DNA of 42,328 nt from Octopus bimaculoides (GCF_001194135.2 NC_068989.1:4556470-4598797); one strand, 5' to 3'. Numbered from the stretch's first letter, positions 1-12,483 are shown. Made by a program: numbers and translations. The notes: generated by a model from the sequence alone, not told the origin.

Positions 1-85
<85 letters not shown>
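1..85. repeat. (TA)n(GA)n microsatellite
   Basis: Seen directly. Confidence 0.98.
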
Positions 86-87
<2 letters not shown>

Positions 88-303
88 CGCATATGTGTGT
101 TTCTTTTTCTGTATGTTCGTGTACCCAACGCTAGAAAACATGTGTTGGTTTGTTTTCGACCCTCATAACATAGTAGTTCGGTTATGGAGACGAGAGAATA
201 AGTACAAGACTTTAAAAAATAAGTACCGGTTCAACTAAAACCAGGCGGTGCCCCAACATGGCCGCAGCCCAAAATCTGAAGCAATGAGAGAAGATATATT
301 TAC

Positions 304-564
304 CTGGAGAAACGATAACTATAAGGAACAACTGAACAAGACAAATTATGTACATGGCCGTAAAGCAGGCATTGTGCCGCACCAGTCTTGGAAGATGTCT
401 GAAAACTAAGAATGTATTGGCCACATCAGATAAAATCCAGCGTCGTCGTTGTTTTAAGAACTCGTCCATTGTAGAAGGACAGAAAGTGGTGTTGAAGGCG
501 TACGTACAATATTTTAATTTCCAGCCTCTCATCATCATAAGAGTACACAACCAACGATCCTCGC
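304..564 (-). CDS. CHS: Chitin synthase exon (GT2 catalytic core: GEDRW and QRRRW motifs, start of following TM helix)
   Basis: Translates (G)EDRWLCTLMMMRGWKLKYCTYAFNTTFCPSTMDEFLKQRRRWILSDVANTFLV...LIVIVSPG. Acceptor ttttaag| precedes 564 and donor |gtaaat follows 304. Length is 261 nt, phase 1 to phase 1. Confidence 0.95.
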
Positions 565-859
565 CTTAAAAAGTAAAGAAGAAACAATGGAAAAAATATG
601 AAAATGAAATAAAAGAAATAAAGAGATTTGGAGAAAATGATTAGCCTTTGTCTGTCAGGATGTATTTCCCTGACGTCCATTCATCATATATAATACTCAT
701 TTCCCATTTTTTTAACCACCAGAGTAACCTGACACTTAGAGGAGAAATTCGGAACATATGAAATAATGGCTGACTGAAAGCCTAAAAACAAGCAAGGACG
801 TTTAGGACAATGCAAAATGTCCAGGGGCAATTTGTTGGAATTCACAGACTAATGTAAAT

Positions 860-872
860 AGCTAGCTAGCTA

Positions 873-913
<41 letters not shown>

Positions 914-1079
914 ATAGATGGCTGGCTGGCTGGCTGGCTGGCTGGATGGATGGATGGATGGATGGATGGATAGGTGGGTAGGTAGATAGAAGAATAGATA
1001 GATGGGTAGAAAGAGAGAAAAGGAAGAAGAGGCAGAAAGAGAGAAACAGACTGACAAGGACAAGCAGATAGACAGAGAC

Positions 1080-1114
<35 letters not shown>

Positions 1115-1200
1115 GGCAGGCAGACAGACAGGCAGATAGAAAAAATAGACAGGCAGACATACATAGAGATACAGAGAGAGAAAGAGAGAGAGAAGCAGAG
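860..1200. repeat. Compound (GCTG)n/(GATG)n/(GACA)n/(GA)n tetranucleotide tract
   Basis: Seen directly; it explains the low-complexity ORFs at 862-1278. Confidence 0.95.
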
Positions 1201-1651
1201 AAAAAGAACACGAGTGTGGATTGATATGAGACCGATCCTTGCTCGGTTTCCGTAAAAGAATTGGTGGTGCAGCCCCATCAGTTCAATCTACCAAACTGCT
1301 ACAAATATATATTAGTGTCCTACTGACAATATCAACTTTGTCTGAACTCATAACATGTTTTAGACCAGACCTTTCTTCCAATACCAGTTCATAATCCAAG
1401 AGATTATACCAAGAGACGGATGGCGCATGAAGTCTTAACATCAGGAGGAGGAGGATGAGGAGGATGAGGAGGAGGTTTTCTTTCTTAGGCACAAAGCCCG
1501 GAAGCGAAGGTGACCTTGACGTTATTTGAACTCAGAAACATGCAAGCCGGAATTTACGCAATCCCACTGAGAGCGGAAATATATCAAATGATAAACGAGC
1601 GGACCAAATAATATACACAGAATGAAATAACGAAATAATTGGGCGCCGTAC

Positions 1652-1807
1652 CTGTGTCTTTGACAAATACATCCATCGATTCCGTACTTGGTTCTGAATA
1701 TTCATCCAATAAATGATAGAGCGCAGTGATTCTATACAGACTGAAACATCCTGGGCAACACATCACCGACCCAATAATATTCTGAGAAGTCTTTGTCATC
1801 CAGAAAT
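1652..1807 (-). CDS. CHS: Chitin synthase exon (CCPGCFSLYR motif)
   Basis: Translates (D)FWMTKTSQNIIGSVMCCPGCFSLYRITALYHLLDEYSEPSTESMDVFVKDT(G). Acceptor ttttaaag|, donor |gtacgg. Length is 156 nt; it joins in frame to GEDRW of the next exon. Confidence 0.95.
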
Positions 1808-2508
1808 CTTTAAAAAAGGAACAATTTTTTAAAAATAAAAATTACAAAAGAAAGTAAATATACTGTGTATATCAAAATTATAAGTTAAATTTTCAAGATG
1901 TGAATGCGCATAGCCTGTCAGTCAAATCGTTGCACTCACAGTCGCAAGATCATAGTTTCGATTTCAAGTGATGCGTTGTGCTCTGGGGCAAAACGCTTCA
2001 TTTCGCGTTGCTCCAATTCACTCAGAAATAAATGGAGAACCCTGCAACGGACTAGTGTCCTGTTCGCGGGAAGTGCGATATCGGTCACTTGTAAGTCATA
2101 GAAACCGAGTAACTGACGCCATTAGCTTTTGGTGTGAACAAAGGCAGGTCGATAGTTCTTGTAAAGTCCGAAGCTCAACCACACAGCTCGAGGTCTATAT
2201 CAGCCTTTATAGTTTTCGGTTAAAGACAAATCTAGCACGTTGCAAAAAGGTACAACACAGTATGTGATGTTCACGGTAGTAAGTAACAATAGTGTTGTAA
2301 CTAAGAAATATTTTCTTAGCTTGCGGGGACCGAATACAAATTATGTCATGGTAGATCACTTCTTGATGTGATACGTCTAGACATATCCGAAACGTAAAAG
2401 ACACTTTCATTCTTTTTAAAGCGTTAAGCTAATTACATCTTTATTAAGAGTTGTCCCTCTCGTTTTCTCTTCTTTTTTTCCGCATTCCCTAACACACACG
2501 AACACACG

Positions 2509-2589
<81 letters not shown>

Positions 2590-2942
2590 TTGTGTGTGTG
2601 TGCGTGTGTCTGGGGTATGTTCAAGCTATGAACCGTGTAGAATGGTTATAAGCTCGTTTTCGGCCGATTTCCAGACTACATATACATTTCATTCCTATTT
2701 ATACTTGTATCTGCGACATTCTAAACAGTAAATCTGAATATAGATAAGCCGGGTGTAATTCACTTGCATTTTACATAGAGGACGTCTTCAGAGATGTACT
2801 AACGATTCAGTAGGGTAAGAGAGATTGGTTACACTTTGATATATCATCTATCTGATTTTTAATATTGGCAGTCATTGACTCAAGTACTTACATACATGAT
2901 TGTCATTCAGGATTTAGCAAAACTAGAAAAACGAGAACCAAC

Positions 2943-3702
2943 CTTTGGCATATTCAAACATTTGCAACCATACAATTGGGCGATTCTTCTCGCCGACAGG
3001 ATGTGTCCGGCCACAAGCACCACCGACTCGGAGATCACCATTACAAGTGTCCAATAAATCAAGCACAGCGTTATCATCGAACTTCATGTCAGCATCTGTT
3101 GCAAGAATATAGGTCCGGCTGTCGAATTCTTCAGGGCTCGGAAGGAACGGTGACTTGATGTTCACTTTGGTATCTTTAATTAAATTTCCACTGACGGTGT
3201 TAATAGATTTCTTTTCTATTTTCGGATTAATGTGAATACTGATGTCATTGCAAACCATCTCAGTTATTGTACTCGGGGCCCATGGAGTACCAGAATCTTC
3301 AAGCCCATACACGTATGCAGGGTTCACCACTGAATGTTTGCTGGCCGATAATTTACCGTTCATCTTGGAGTCGTCCATGCCATTTGAATAGAGATATACG
3401 CTAGAGATTGAATATAGGTTTTTAACCAGTTCTGAATCATCCGACCAGTATGGCTTCACATCTCCCTTGGTATATGCAGCAGAATCGCTATATTGATTCA
3501 GCATCGAATTTTCGTAGTCATATCTTATTGTAGGACTTTTCGTTTGGTTGTCCAATGAATCTACACCGTAGAATTTCTTTTCATCGACACAATACCGGGC
3601 GTTGAATGGCTTCGATTCCATTTCGCAACGTTTCAGTCTTTTTTCAATCCAATTGTAAGCTTTTCTCACCCGGAAACTCATTATGTAGTTCATATATAAT
3701 AC
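2943..3702 (-). CDS. CHS: Chitin synthase exon (VLYMNYIM ... long insert ... TYILATDADMKF ... GGACGRTHP ... QMFEYAK)
   Basis: Lies within ORF 2923-3723. Acceptor ctttaaag|GTA, donor AAAG|gttggt. Length is 760 nt, phase 0 to phase 1, consistent with both neighbouring exons. Contains the DxD-type motif and the Q-x-FEY motif. Confidence 0.93.
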
Positions 3703-3837
3703 CTTTAAAGATCGAGAAGACATTATACATTATATACATTATACATTATATATACATATACACACACACACACATACACATACACACACATACACACACA
3801 CATACACACACATGCACGCACGCACACACACGCGCAT

Positions 3838-3870
<33 letters not shown>

Positions 3871-4161
3871 NNNNNNNNNNNNNNNNNNNNNNNNNNNNNN
3901 NNNNNNNNNNNNNNNNNNNNNNNNNNNNNNNNNNNNNNNNNNNNNNNNNNNNNNNNNNNNNNNNNNNNNNNNNNNNNNNNNNNNNNNNNNNNNNNNNNNN
4001 NNNNNNNNNNNNNNNNNNNNNNNNNNNNATATATACACGAACACACATATTCACACACATACAAACACATATGTCTATGCATGTGTGTCCGTATGTGACA
4101 GTGTATGTGCGTGTGTGCGTGTGTGTGTGTGTGTGTATGTGTGTGTGTGCGTGTGTGTATA

Positions 4162-4202
<41 letters not shown>

Positions 4203-4557
4203 TTGAATGTGTCCTTTAGTTGCAAGAGTTGCAAGACAGATTCTTGAAACCGAGCCAACCGGCAGAAGACCTAGGAGTAGACCAAGAACAACGTGATTGG
4301 TTAATAGCCATAGTCTCTGTTGGTCATGCTTCTGATAGGGATCATATAGTGGAGGCGCCAGAGAATTCTAACCACACAACTCAACACCGAATAGCAGGCA
4401 GAGAAAATGGTTGATGGATTAATTGGCCTCAGCGATACAACATATTTAAAATACGAGATACATACATTAGTTTTATGATGTAAAAACAGGTCACAAGCAC
4501 ACACACACACACACATACATGAACACACATACACACATATTTATGTATTAGACTTAC

Positions 4558-4822
4558 CTGACTCCATCGTTTTTTCGGTTTCACTTTTTGAGAGTCTTTC
4601 AGGTGCAGAAAAAACGGAATGCCACCATTTAAGATCCATTGCAGCTGCAATCCGTAAGGCATTCGATTTGCATAAACTTCTGTACGAGCAATATTCAGTT
4701 CGTTTTGAAGTAACGACAGAAGCTGCAGAGCAAACTCTCCAAAATCGTTTCCTTTACAACCATTATCAAGAATCACGTGGGACTCTATGTAGACATGAGA
4801 CAGTTTTTTCGACAAGGATAAT
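4558..4822 (-). CDS. CHS: Chitin synthase exon (ESHVILDNG ... PYG ... HLKDSQKVKPKKRWSQ)
   Basis: Matches the family pattern E-x-H-x-x-x-D / PYG / HLKD...KRWSQ. Donor CAG|gtaagt at 4558. Acceptor gaattccag| at 4822; an in-frame stop further upstream limits the exon. Confidence 0.9.
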
Positions 4823-5319
4823 CTGGAATTCACAGAAGAGATTTAATGAAATCAAAAGATGCAACTGACAATCTATATACTTATAATTTCTGTTTTAGTT
4901 TTTATCCAAGCTGCCGACAATTACAAATTTGATTATTCCGATTTTCTGTTATGAATAGCTGAGTCTTTTTGCATTAAACAAATTGTATAGCAGCATGAAT
5001 AATAAAAACTATACTCCATTTTAACATCTAATCTCCTCCATTACATACATATACTTAACTACTTAACGTATGTGCTTCGTGTATTTGGTGATCGGCTGCT
5101 ACTGACCCGGTGGAGAAGAAAATATCTCAAAGCGCCGGTCATTAAAACACCTAAGAGACATATATGCACATATACGTGTGTGTGTGTGTGTGCGTGTGTG
5201 TGNNNNNNNNNNNNNNNNNNNNNNNNNNNNNNNNNNNNNNNNNNNNNNNNNNNNNNNNNNNNNNNNNNNNNNNNNNNNNNNNNNNNNNNNNNNNNNNNNN
5301 NNNNNNNNNNNNNNNNNNN

Positions 5320-6214
5320 GCTCCACTTCGAATTCTGATTCTCTATACATGGTTGTACATATGAAAACTTTGCTCACTTTGGGTACCCCGGTCAACATTT
5401 CACTCGTCTTATCATGTCTGGTATGAATTCCTTCCGGTTTGTAATTCAAATGCAAATGATGTTCGAAGAAGATATTGTTGTAAGTAAAACTTAAGAAGTT
5501 CGATTCCGAAGATTTCAGTATGGAATTTGGTACAGGTGTATGGTTCATGCCCAGCATTAGAAATGGTAACAACCAAAGTAAAACTGCAATTCCTAAACAA
5601 AACCACGAAGCGAGAGTTAATCCTGACAGGGCAGACAACTTTACGACATGAAAAAAACCATAGAAATTGTCGAAAATTATGATCAAGATTGTGATCGGAG
5701 TGACGAATATTGTTGGTAGGTAAATACCACTACGTGTAAGGCATATTCGTGTTGATAAGTAAGTGAACGCATGCGATAATAAACCCGCAAAGAGGTGAAT
5801 CAAGAGTCCATTGCTGATGGTTTTTGTTGAATTTATATTAAGGAAACCTTGCAATAAGCTGTAAAATGATTCTTCGAAGCTGCCTTGCCGATTTAAGCGA
5901 GTTACAACAATGGCTAAGTCAAAAAGTACTACCAATTTCAAAATTGTATAAATTATACTGGCATTTTTACGACCATCAATGAGGTCAGATCGAGATCGTA
6001 ATGTAAATGTTGCTATTCCAGGGCACCACGTGAAAGATAAAGCCAATAAGGATGCGGACAAAATTAGAGATTCTGAAATAGTCAAGATTTGACTAAAACC
6101 AGTCACAAATGACGTGGCCACAACTAATATTACAGAAATTAGTCCGAACGCAACACAGAGCAGATTGTTCAGAGTTTTAGTGCTTGAATCGATGTTATCA
6201 TGGCCCAATATGCG
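5320..6214 (-). CDS. CHS: Chitin synthase exon (multi-TM N-terminal domain into CTTMYRE motif); its 3' end lies in the assembly gap 5203-5319
   Basis: Hydrophobic TM-like segments are followed by KVFICTTMYRESEFEVE, a variant of the CATMWHE motif. Acceptor tttttttccag|CGC at 6214, phase 0. Confidence 0.9.
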
Positions 6215-6591
6215 CTGGAAAAAAAAGAAAAGAGAGAAGTAAGTACAAAAGTATTAAGAATTTGGTACTTTCTAACAGTAGGCCATATTACATGGCAGCA
6301 TTTCATACAATTTAGTAATGAAAATGTCAGTATAAGACACATGTGTGTGTGTTTGAGTGTGTCATTTATTCTTTAGTCATGTCAGTCGTTATACCGTAGC
6401 CATGCTGGGGCACCGCCTTTCAGAAGTTTTAGAATGATGAATCGACCCCAGTGTTTTGTTTTAAATTGGGTACTTATTCTATCGGAGTCTCTTGTCAAAC
6501 CGCTAAGTTACGGAAACGTAAATAATCAGCACCGGTTGTCAAGCGGTGAGTGTGGTAAACAGACATAAAACTACACACACACACACACACA

Positions 6592-6647
<56 letters not shown>

Positions 6648-6682
6648 ATATATATACACAAACATATCTACATATATATATA

Positions 6683-6812
6683 TATAAACATAATTAAGGG
6701 ATCAGTAAATATTTGCTTCACCATATACCGAAGTTCAGAAATAGCAGCTGCTATTTCTGAACTTCGGTATATGGTGAAGCAAATATTTGCTGATCCCTTA
6801 ATTATGTTTATA
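6683..6812. repeat. Near-perfect loopless palindrome, 65-bp arms, in a CHS intron
   Basis: Centre ...gaaatagcag|ctgctatttc... lies between 6747 and 6748. The arms are reverse complements with one mismatch (gatcagtaaat vs gatcagcaaat). Confidence 0.9.
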
Positions 6813-6996
6813 AATATATATGAGCTTTTAAATAAGTTCTCCACCAATAATGGTGCTTTCATACCGATGGGCTTGGTAAAAATTATTAATTGTTAATTGA
6901 TTTATTAATTAATAAATTGATAATCNNNNNNNNNNNNNNNNNNNNNNNNNNNNNNNNNNNNNNNNNNNNNNNNNNNNNNNNNNNNNNNNNNNNNNN

Positions 6997-7035
<39 letters not shown>

Positions 7036-7909
7036 ATATATATACACAAACATATCTACATATATATATATATAAACATACAGTGGGTAATTGTCAGTTC
7101 ATTACAGCTCTTTCTTATGCAACATTTTAATAGAAGAATGAGAAAATTACATCGTTATAAAAGACCGTAATCCTCAGATAAGAATAAATTTTGCAAAACA
7201 AAAGAATACCCAAGAATACAGCAGGGATTTGTGTGTCTGTCGAGGCCAACGATGAAATGGGAGAACGAGCAATTATATTGGCAGTTTAGGTTAAGAGTGT
7301 AGTTCTTGAAAGTGTGTAATTTGATATCGAGACTCGGCTGACACTAAAGATATGTGCATTTGTACGGGTGTGGCTCACAAACATTCACACACTGCATACA
7401 TATTTCTGAGTGCTAGCCTATACGCGTGAGTGGGCAGTTATTGTATAATTATTTCCTCTATCTGTTTATCTGTATGTATGTATGTATGTATGTATGTACG
7501 TACTTATGTATGTACGTACGTATGTATGTACGTACGTAATTACGTACGTATGTATGTATGTATGCAATGTATAATGATTTCACAAATCGGAAAAAGAATA
7601 CTCAATACAGATGTAGAATAAAGTTTGATAGTCTGTGTATATAAGTTATAAAACCTAGTCATTGAACTTCATGGCACGGTTATATAATCGTGCGTCCATG
7701 GACTGTATAATATCACTCTTCACATATTTCCACGAGAAACATGGATACACATTCATGAAAAGGATATATAGAATAGATATGTTAATGTGTGTACTTTGGT
7801 AATGTATATTAATGTATGCAGTGTGTAAGTTGGTTTATTTTCCAAGCGTTATCCAGTCTAAGCTAACGCATTAAATAACTTAGATATCTCCGAATAGATA
7901 AATACTTAC

Positions 7910-8056
7910 CATTCCCTGTTTAAAAGATAGTGAAACTATCTGCAAGCAGAGCACACTGCTTAGTAACGGGATAAGGATAATCGGATGAAGTTTGGGACCG
8001 ACTATCATAAGAAAAAATATTAATGCGGTGCTTTCCATTATAGAGCAGACGATACC
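7910..8056 (-). CDS. CHS: Chitin synthase exon (N-terminal TM region)
   Basis: Translates GIVCSIMESTALIFFLMIVGPKLHPIILIPLLSSVLCLQIVSLSFKQGM, resembling the CHS 'E..G..LL.F.VLP.L' region. Acceptor ttttcag|, donor ATG|gtaagt. Length is 147 nt, phase 0/0. Confidence 0.8.
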
Positions 8057-8514
8057 CTGAAAATAGATAAAGTGGAAATAACATGAATCAGACTGTTGGA
8101 AGAAAAGGTCAAAAGTCAGAGAGACAAATAGACAGACGGGGAGAAAGCGAGACAGAGAGAGAGAGACAGGAAGAGAGAGAGAAGGAGAGCGAGAAAAAGA
8201 GAGAGAGAGATTTCTAGTTTTATAGGTTTTCAATTGATTGATCTGTTACGTTAACGTTTTCAATAATGTCTTCGCAATAATAATAATAATACAGAAGAAG
8301 AAGAAGGGAGAATGATGATAGAGATGTAGTATGGCCCCTGTCCAATGACTTTAAAAAATAAAAGGTAAAAGATGATAGTTATCGGTAAAATGACATGCAG
8401 CGTGGCACTCGAATATCGGCCAATCCCTACACACATACACACACACATACAATGAGGAAAACGCTATTAAGAATTTATAAATGAAAAAAACAAAATATTA
8501 AATTTGTGACATAC

Positions 8515-8641
8515 CGATACCAAAGATGGCAGCGGCGGCCATTCGCTTAATTTGCCATGGAGGAGAAAAGACATGCTCCAGAAAAGTTTGACTATAGTAA
8601 TAATTTCGGGCACAGCAAGCACTAATGTCATTGTAGCTATC
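8515..8641 (-). CDS. CHS: Chitin synthase exon (N-terminal TM region, AVPE motif)
   Basis: Translates IATMTLVLAVPEIITIVKLFWSMSFLLHGKLSEWPPLPSLVS, resembling CHS 'W...L.IA.AVPE..T' helices. Strong acceptor ttttttttctttacag|. Donor |gtatgt at 8515; an alternative donor at 8521 has the same phase. Confidence 0.72.
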
Positions 8642-9305
8642 CTGTAAAGAAAAAAAGGAAAATTGTTAAAAACCTTCCATCAAGGCAACGTTTTTTCTTT
8701 TTTTTTTTTAAGATAAGAGAAATACGATCGTGATTCCACGATATTGATTATTCTAATACTGTTTTCAGATAAATTCGTTCNNNNNNNNNNNNNNNNNNNN
8801 NNNNNNNNNNNNNNNNNNNNNNNNNNNNNNNNNNNNNNNNNNNNNNNNNNNNNNNNNNNNNNNNNNNNNNNNNNNNNNNNNNNNNNNNNNNNNNNNNNNN
8901 NNNNNNNNNNNNNNNNNNNNNNNNNNNNNNNNNNNNNNNNNNNNNNNNNNNNNNNNNNNNNNNNNNNNNNNNNNNNNNNNNNNNNNNNNNNNNNNNNNNN
9001 NNNNNNNNNNNNNNNNNNNNNNNNNNNNNNNNNNNNNNNNNNNNNNNNNNNNNNNNNNNNNNNNNNNNNNNNNNNNNNNNNNNNNNNNNNNNNNNNNNNN
9101 NNNNNNNNNNNNNNNNNNNNNNNNNNNNNNNNNNNNNNNNNNNNNNNNNNNNNNNNNNNNNNNNNNNNNNNNNNNNNNNNNNNNNNNNNNNNNNNNNNNN
9201 NNNNNNNNNNNNNNNNNNNNNNNNNNNNNNNNNNNNNNNNNNNNNNNNNNNNNNNNNNNNNNNNNNNNNNNNNNNNNNNNNNNNNNNNNNNNNNNNNNNN
9301 NNNNN

Positions 9306-9352
<47 letters not shown>

Positions 9353-9371
9353 CTGAGATGTAGACCAGTTA

Positions 9372-9915
9372 ATATTATAATGGGGTAAACATGGTTTATG
9401 GGATTGTCCTGGGTTTCCCGTCCATTAGGGGTTTGGCCTTATGGCGTATCGTCAGATTCCAAACCTGTCGGCCTAAGAGCTCTTCAAAATGTGGAGGGGA
9501 GGGCGAAATGCTTCGCTGGGAAGTTAAACAATAGGTGATTATCTCCCTTTGTCATTCGCTTTCGAGTTCCGGCCTCGCCACCATCCTGTGGTCACCAAAA
9601 ACCTCGAACGTAAACGATTGTCACCCTTCGATCTTGGTATCGGCTTCCGGCTGTGCCATGCAAGCATGGTCCGAAAATCTCGCGCATAACTTGTAACGTT
9701 TCGTCCTGTTGATGTAGGGGCCGGAACTCGATAGCCAATAGCAAAGAAAGATAATTACCTATCGTTTACCTTCCTAGCGAGGCATATCCCCCTCCATATT
9801 TTGAATAGGTAATAGGCCAACAAGTTTGTGGTCTGAAGATACGCCCTAAAGCCAAACCCCTTATGGACAGGAAACCCAGGGTAATCCCATATAATGGCCT
9901 CCTCCATTATAATAT
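9372..9915. mobile_element. Foldback/MITE-like non-autonomous element with ~200-bp imperfect terminal inverted repeats
   Basis: Ends are atattataatgg ... ccattataatat. Segment 9372-9574 aligns by eye to the reverse complement of 9719-9915 (atgggatt..ctgggtttcc.gtcca..aggggtttggc..., ggaag.taaac.atagg..attatct..., tcgagttccgg). No ORF. Confidence 0.75.
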
Positions 9916-10108
9916 ATATATGTATATATATATAAGTGTGTATGTATGTATGTATGTATGTATGTATGTATGTATGTATGCATATATGTGTATATATATG
10001 TGTGTGTGTGTAGTAAAAAAAGGGAGGTGGAGAATTTCGATTAACTCCACGTAGTAGGTTGCAATGCAAAATATATATATATANNNNNNNNNNNNNNNNN
10101 NNNNNNNN

Positions 10109-10167
<59 letters not shown>

Positions 10168-10559
10168 ATATATAGATATATATTCATAGATATATATGTA
10201 TAGATTATCTCTTTTGTCATTGGCTATCGTGTTCCGGCCGCGCCGCCATCTTGCGGTTACCAAAAATACCGAAGCTAAATAATTATCTCCCTTTGACCTT
10301 GGCCATCGGCTTCCGGCAGTGCTGTCAGCTTGTAGATTCCAAAACGATAGCAGGAATCTTCTAAAATGCAAGCATGGTTCGAAAATCTCCGTTCTGGATC
10401 TAATGACGGTAGCACACAGTTGAGTGCACCGCGAGAGTTAGCAGTGATCTTCATGCGGTAGTGTTCCGAGTGACATCGCTGTTTACTTCGCAAAGTTGTG
10501 AAATTTGTGCTTTTATGATCACGTGTATGTTGTAGTCTGCGATTTTTCTCATGAGCAGG

Positions 10560-10680
10560 AAGGCGCCATGGATAGGGAGTTGGATCAAGGAGCCAACGTG
10601 AATTTTTTTATTAAACTTGGGAAGTCTGCTACAGAGTCTTTGAGCATGCTTTGGAAAGTTTACAGCGATGGGCGCTGGAA
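10560..10680 (+). mobile_element. Mariner transposase 5' fragment (first HTH start)
   Basis: MDRELDQGANVNFFIKLGKSATESLSMLWKVYSD resembles the mariner N-terminus 'EQR..IKF..KLGKSATET..ML..VYG'. Truncated after about 35 codons. Confidence 0.7.
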
Positions 10681-10881
10681 AGTTTCTGATTTTGAGTAAA
10701 AGAAAATAGAGGAGAATCAGTTAATTACGATTTTATTCAGCAAATTTCCCTCTCAGATTCTCACACTTATTGCAGCAGTCCCTCAGTTTTTCTAAGCGCT
10801 GTAGGAGAATTCGAAAGTTTGGGCCTCCAACCAGGCCTTTTGCGATACCCTTAAAGCCAGGAAAAACTTTTCATCACTCCC

Positions 10882-10920
<39 letters not shown>

Positions 10921-12483
10921 GGTCGAATTAGATTCGTCCTTTAATTTGGAAGTTTCCAAAACAGATTTCTAATATTGATTCTTCATATTTTGCTGGGAGT
11001 TTCCAGGAGTAAATTTGTGAATATGAAAATAATACTTGTATGATGCGTTGTGAATTTATGGAAAGAAATCCCATAAAACTCTACAATTTTGTTTAAAATG
11101 GAGAAGGGAAGATGCTAAAATATATAAGAGAATTTTAATTCGTGCAAACGATCGTTTCGTACAGAGATATAAATATCATGCAAATTCATGGTTGAATTAA
11201 ATTATCACTGTACTCTTCAGTGCAAGAAGTACAAATAGTTAGGGATTACCCCCAAAACTATTACCAGTTTGCTCTCAGTTATGTATTCAAAATAGGTTAT
11301 TCAGCATTTAATATATAAATCCAATAACGTTATTATAAAATAAGAATTTAGAGATACGTTCCGTTGGATAATTCTGAATATATTTCCTCAACCATGTAGC
11401 TTTCTTGGAGTATAGAATAACAATAATATTAATAATAAGGATTATTACGAAGTTGCATAACATTATTATTAATTCTTTTAATATATGAACAGCTTTACAT
11501 AGATTAGTAACCGTTGAAATTGCAACCCTCCTATAATACTGGTGCAGTTTCTTCGGGGTCTTTACTTAATATCCTTCGATTTAACTGTGTAGAGTTTTTC
11601 GTTTACATACTCTGCGTTGTATGATGTAGGGTTGTCCGTTAAGTTAGACGCGAACAATCTCCATTGCGAGTTTTGAGTGGATCATCACTTATAGTCCATT
11701 ATTTCAAACCATTAAATGTACGTATGCATGTGTGTATTTGTGCGTGCGTGTGTGTGTGTGCGTGTGTGTGTGTGTGTGTGTGTGNNNNNNNNNNNNNNNN
11801 NNNNNNNNNNNNNNNNNNNNNNNNNNNNNNNNNNNNNNNNNNNNNNNNNNNNNNNNNNNNNNNNNNNNNNNNNNNNNNNNNNNNNNNNNNNNNNNNNNNN
11901 NNNNNNNNNNNNNNNNNNNNNNNNNNNNNNNNNNNNNNNNNNNNNNNNNNNNNNNNNNNNNNNNNNNNNNNNNNNNNNNNNNNNNNNNNNNNNNNNNNNN
12001 NNNNNNNNNNNNNNNNNNNNNNNNNNNNNNNNNNNNNNNNNNNNNNNNNNNNNNTGAACAGGATCTAGAAAAAATAAATAAAAATAATAATAATATTTTA
12101 TTATTGGCACAGGACCTGGAATTTGGCAGGAGGGGACTAGTCGGTTACATCGACCCCATTGCTCAACTGGTACTTATTTTATCGACCCTAAAAGGATGGA
12201 AGGCAAAGTCGACCTGGGCGGCATTTGAACTCTGCGCGAGGCCCACTGGTAAGAGTATAGCACTCTTGATCATAAGATTCTGGTTTCGATTCCCGGACTG
12301 GACAGCGTCATGTGTTCTTGAACAAAATGCTTCATTCCACGTTGTTCCAGTCGTTGAGTAACCCTGTAAGGGACTGGCTTCCTTTCTATGGGTTTACGTT
12401 ATGATCTCAGTCACTTGTACGCCATGGAAATTGGGCAAACGTTCCTATGAATCCCAGGACCCGAGACAGCAATGTGTACGGGT

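Noticed and set aside
862-1278. PASQ/CLSV repeat ORFs
   Set aside because: Tetranucleotide microsatellites inside a CHS intron.
1283-1492. 69-aa minus-strand ORF with a hydrophobic, signal-peptide-like start
   Set aside because: The Leu run derives from a (GGA/GAT) repeat. CHS exons 1652-1807 and 304-564 join in frame without it (KDT-G-EDRW).
6590-7080. Duplicated (CA)n/(TA)n-cacaaacatatctacat block on both sides of gap 6926-6995
   Set aside because: Identical sequence straddling a gap is the typical signature of an unmerged contig overlap, not a biological duplication.
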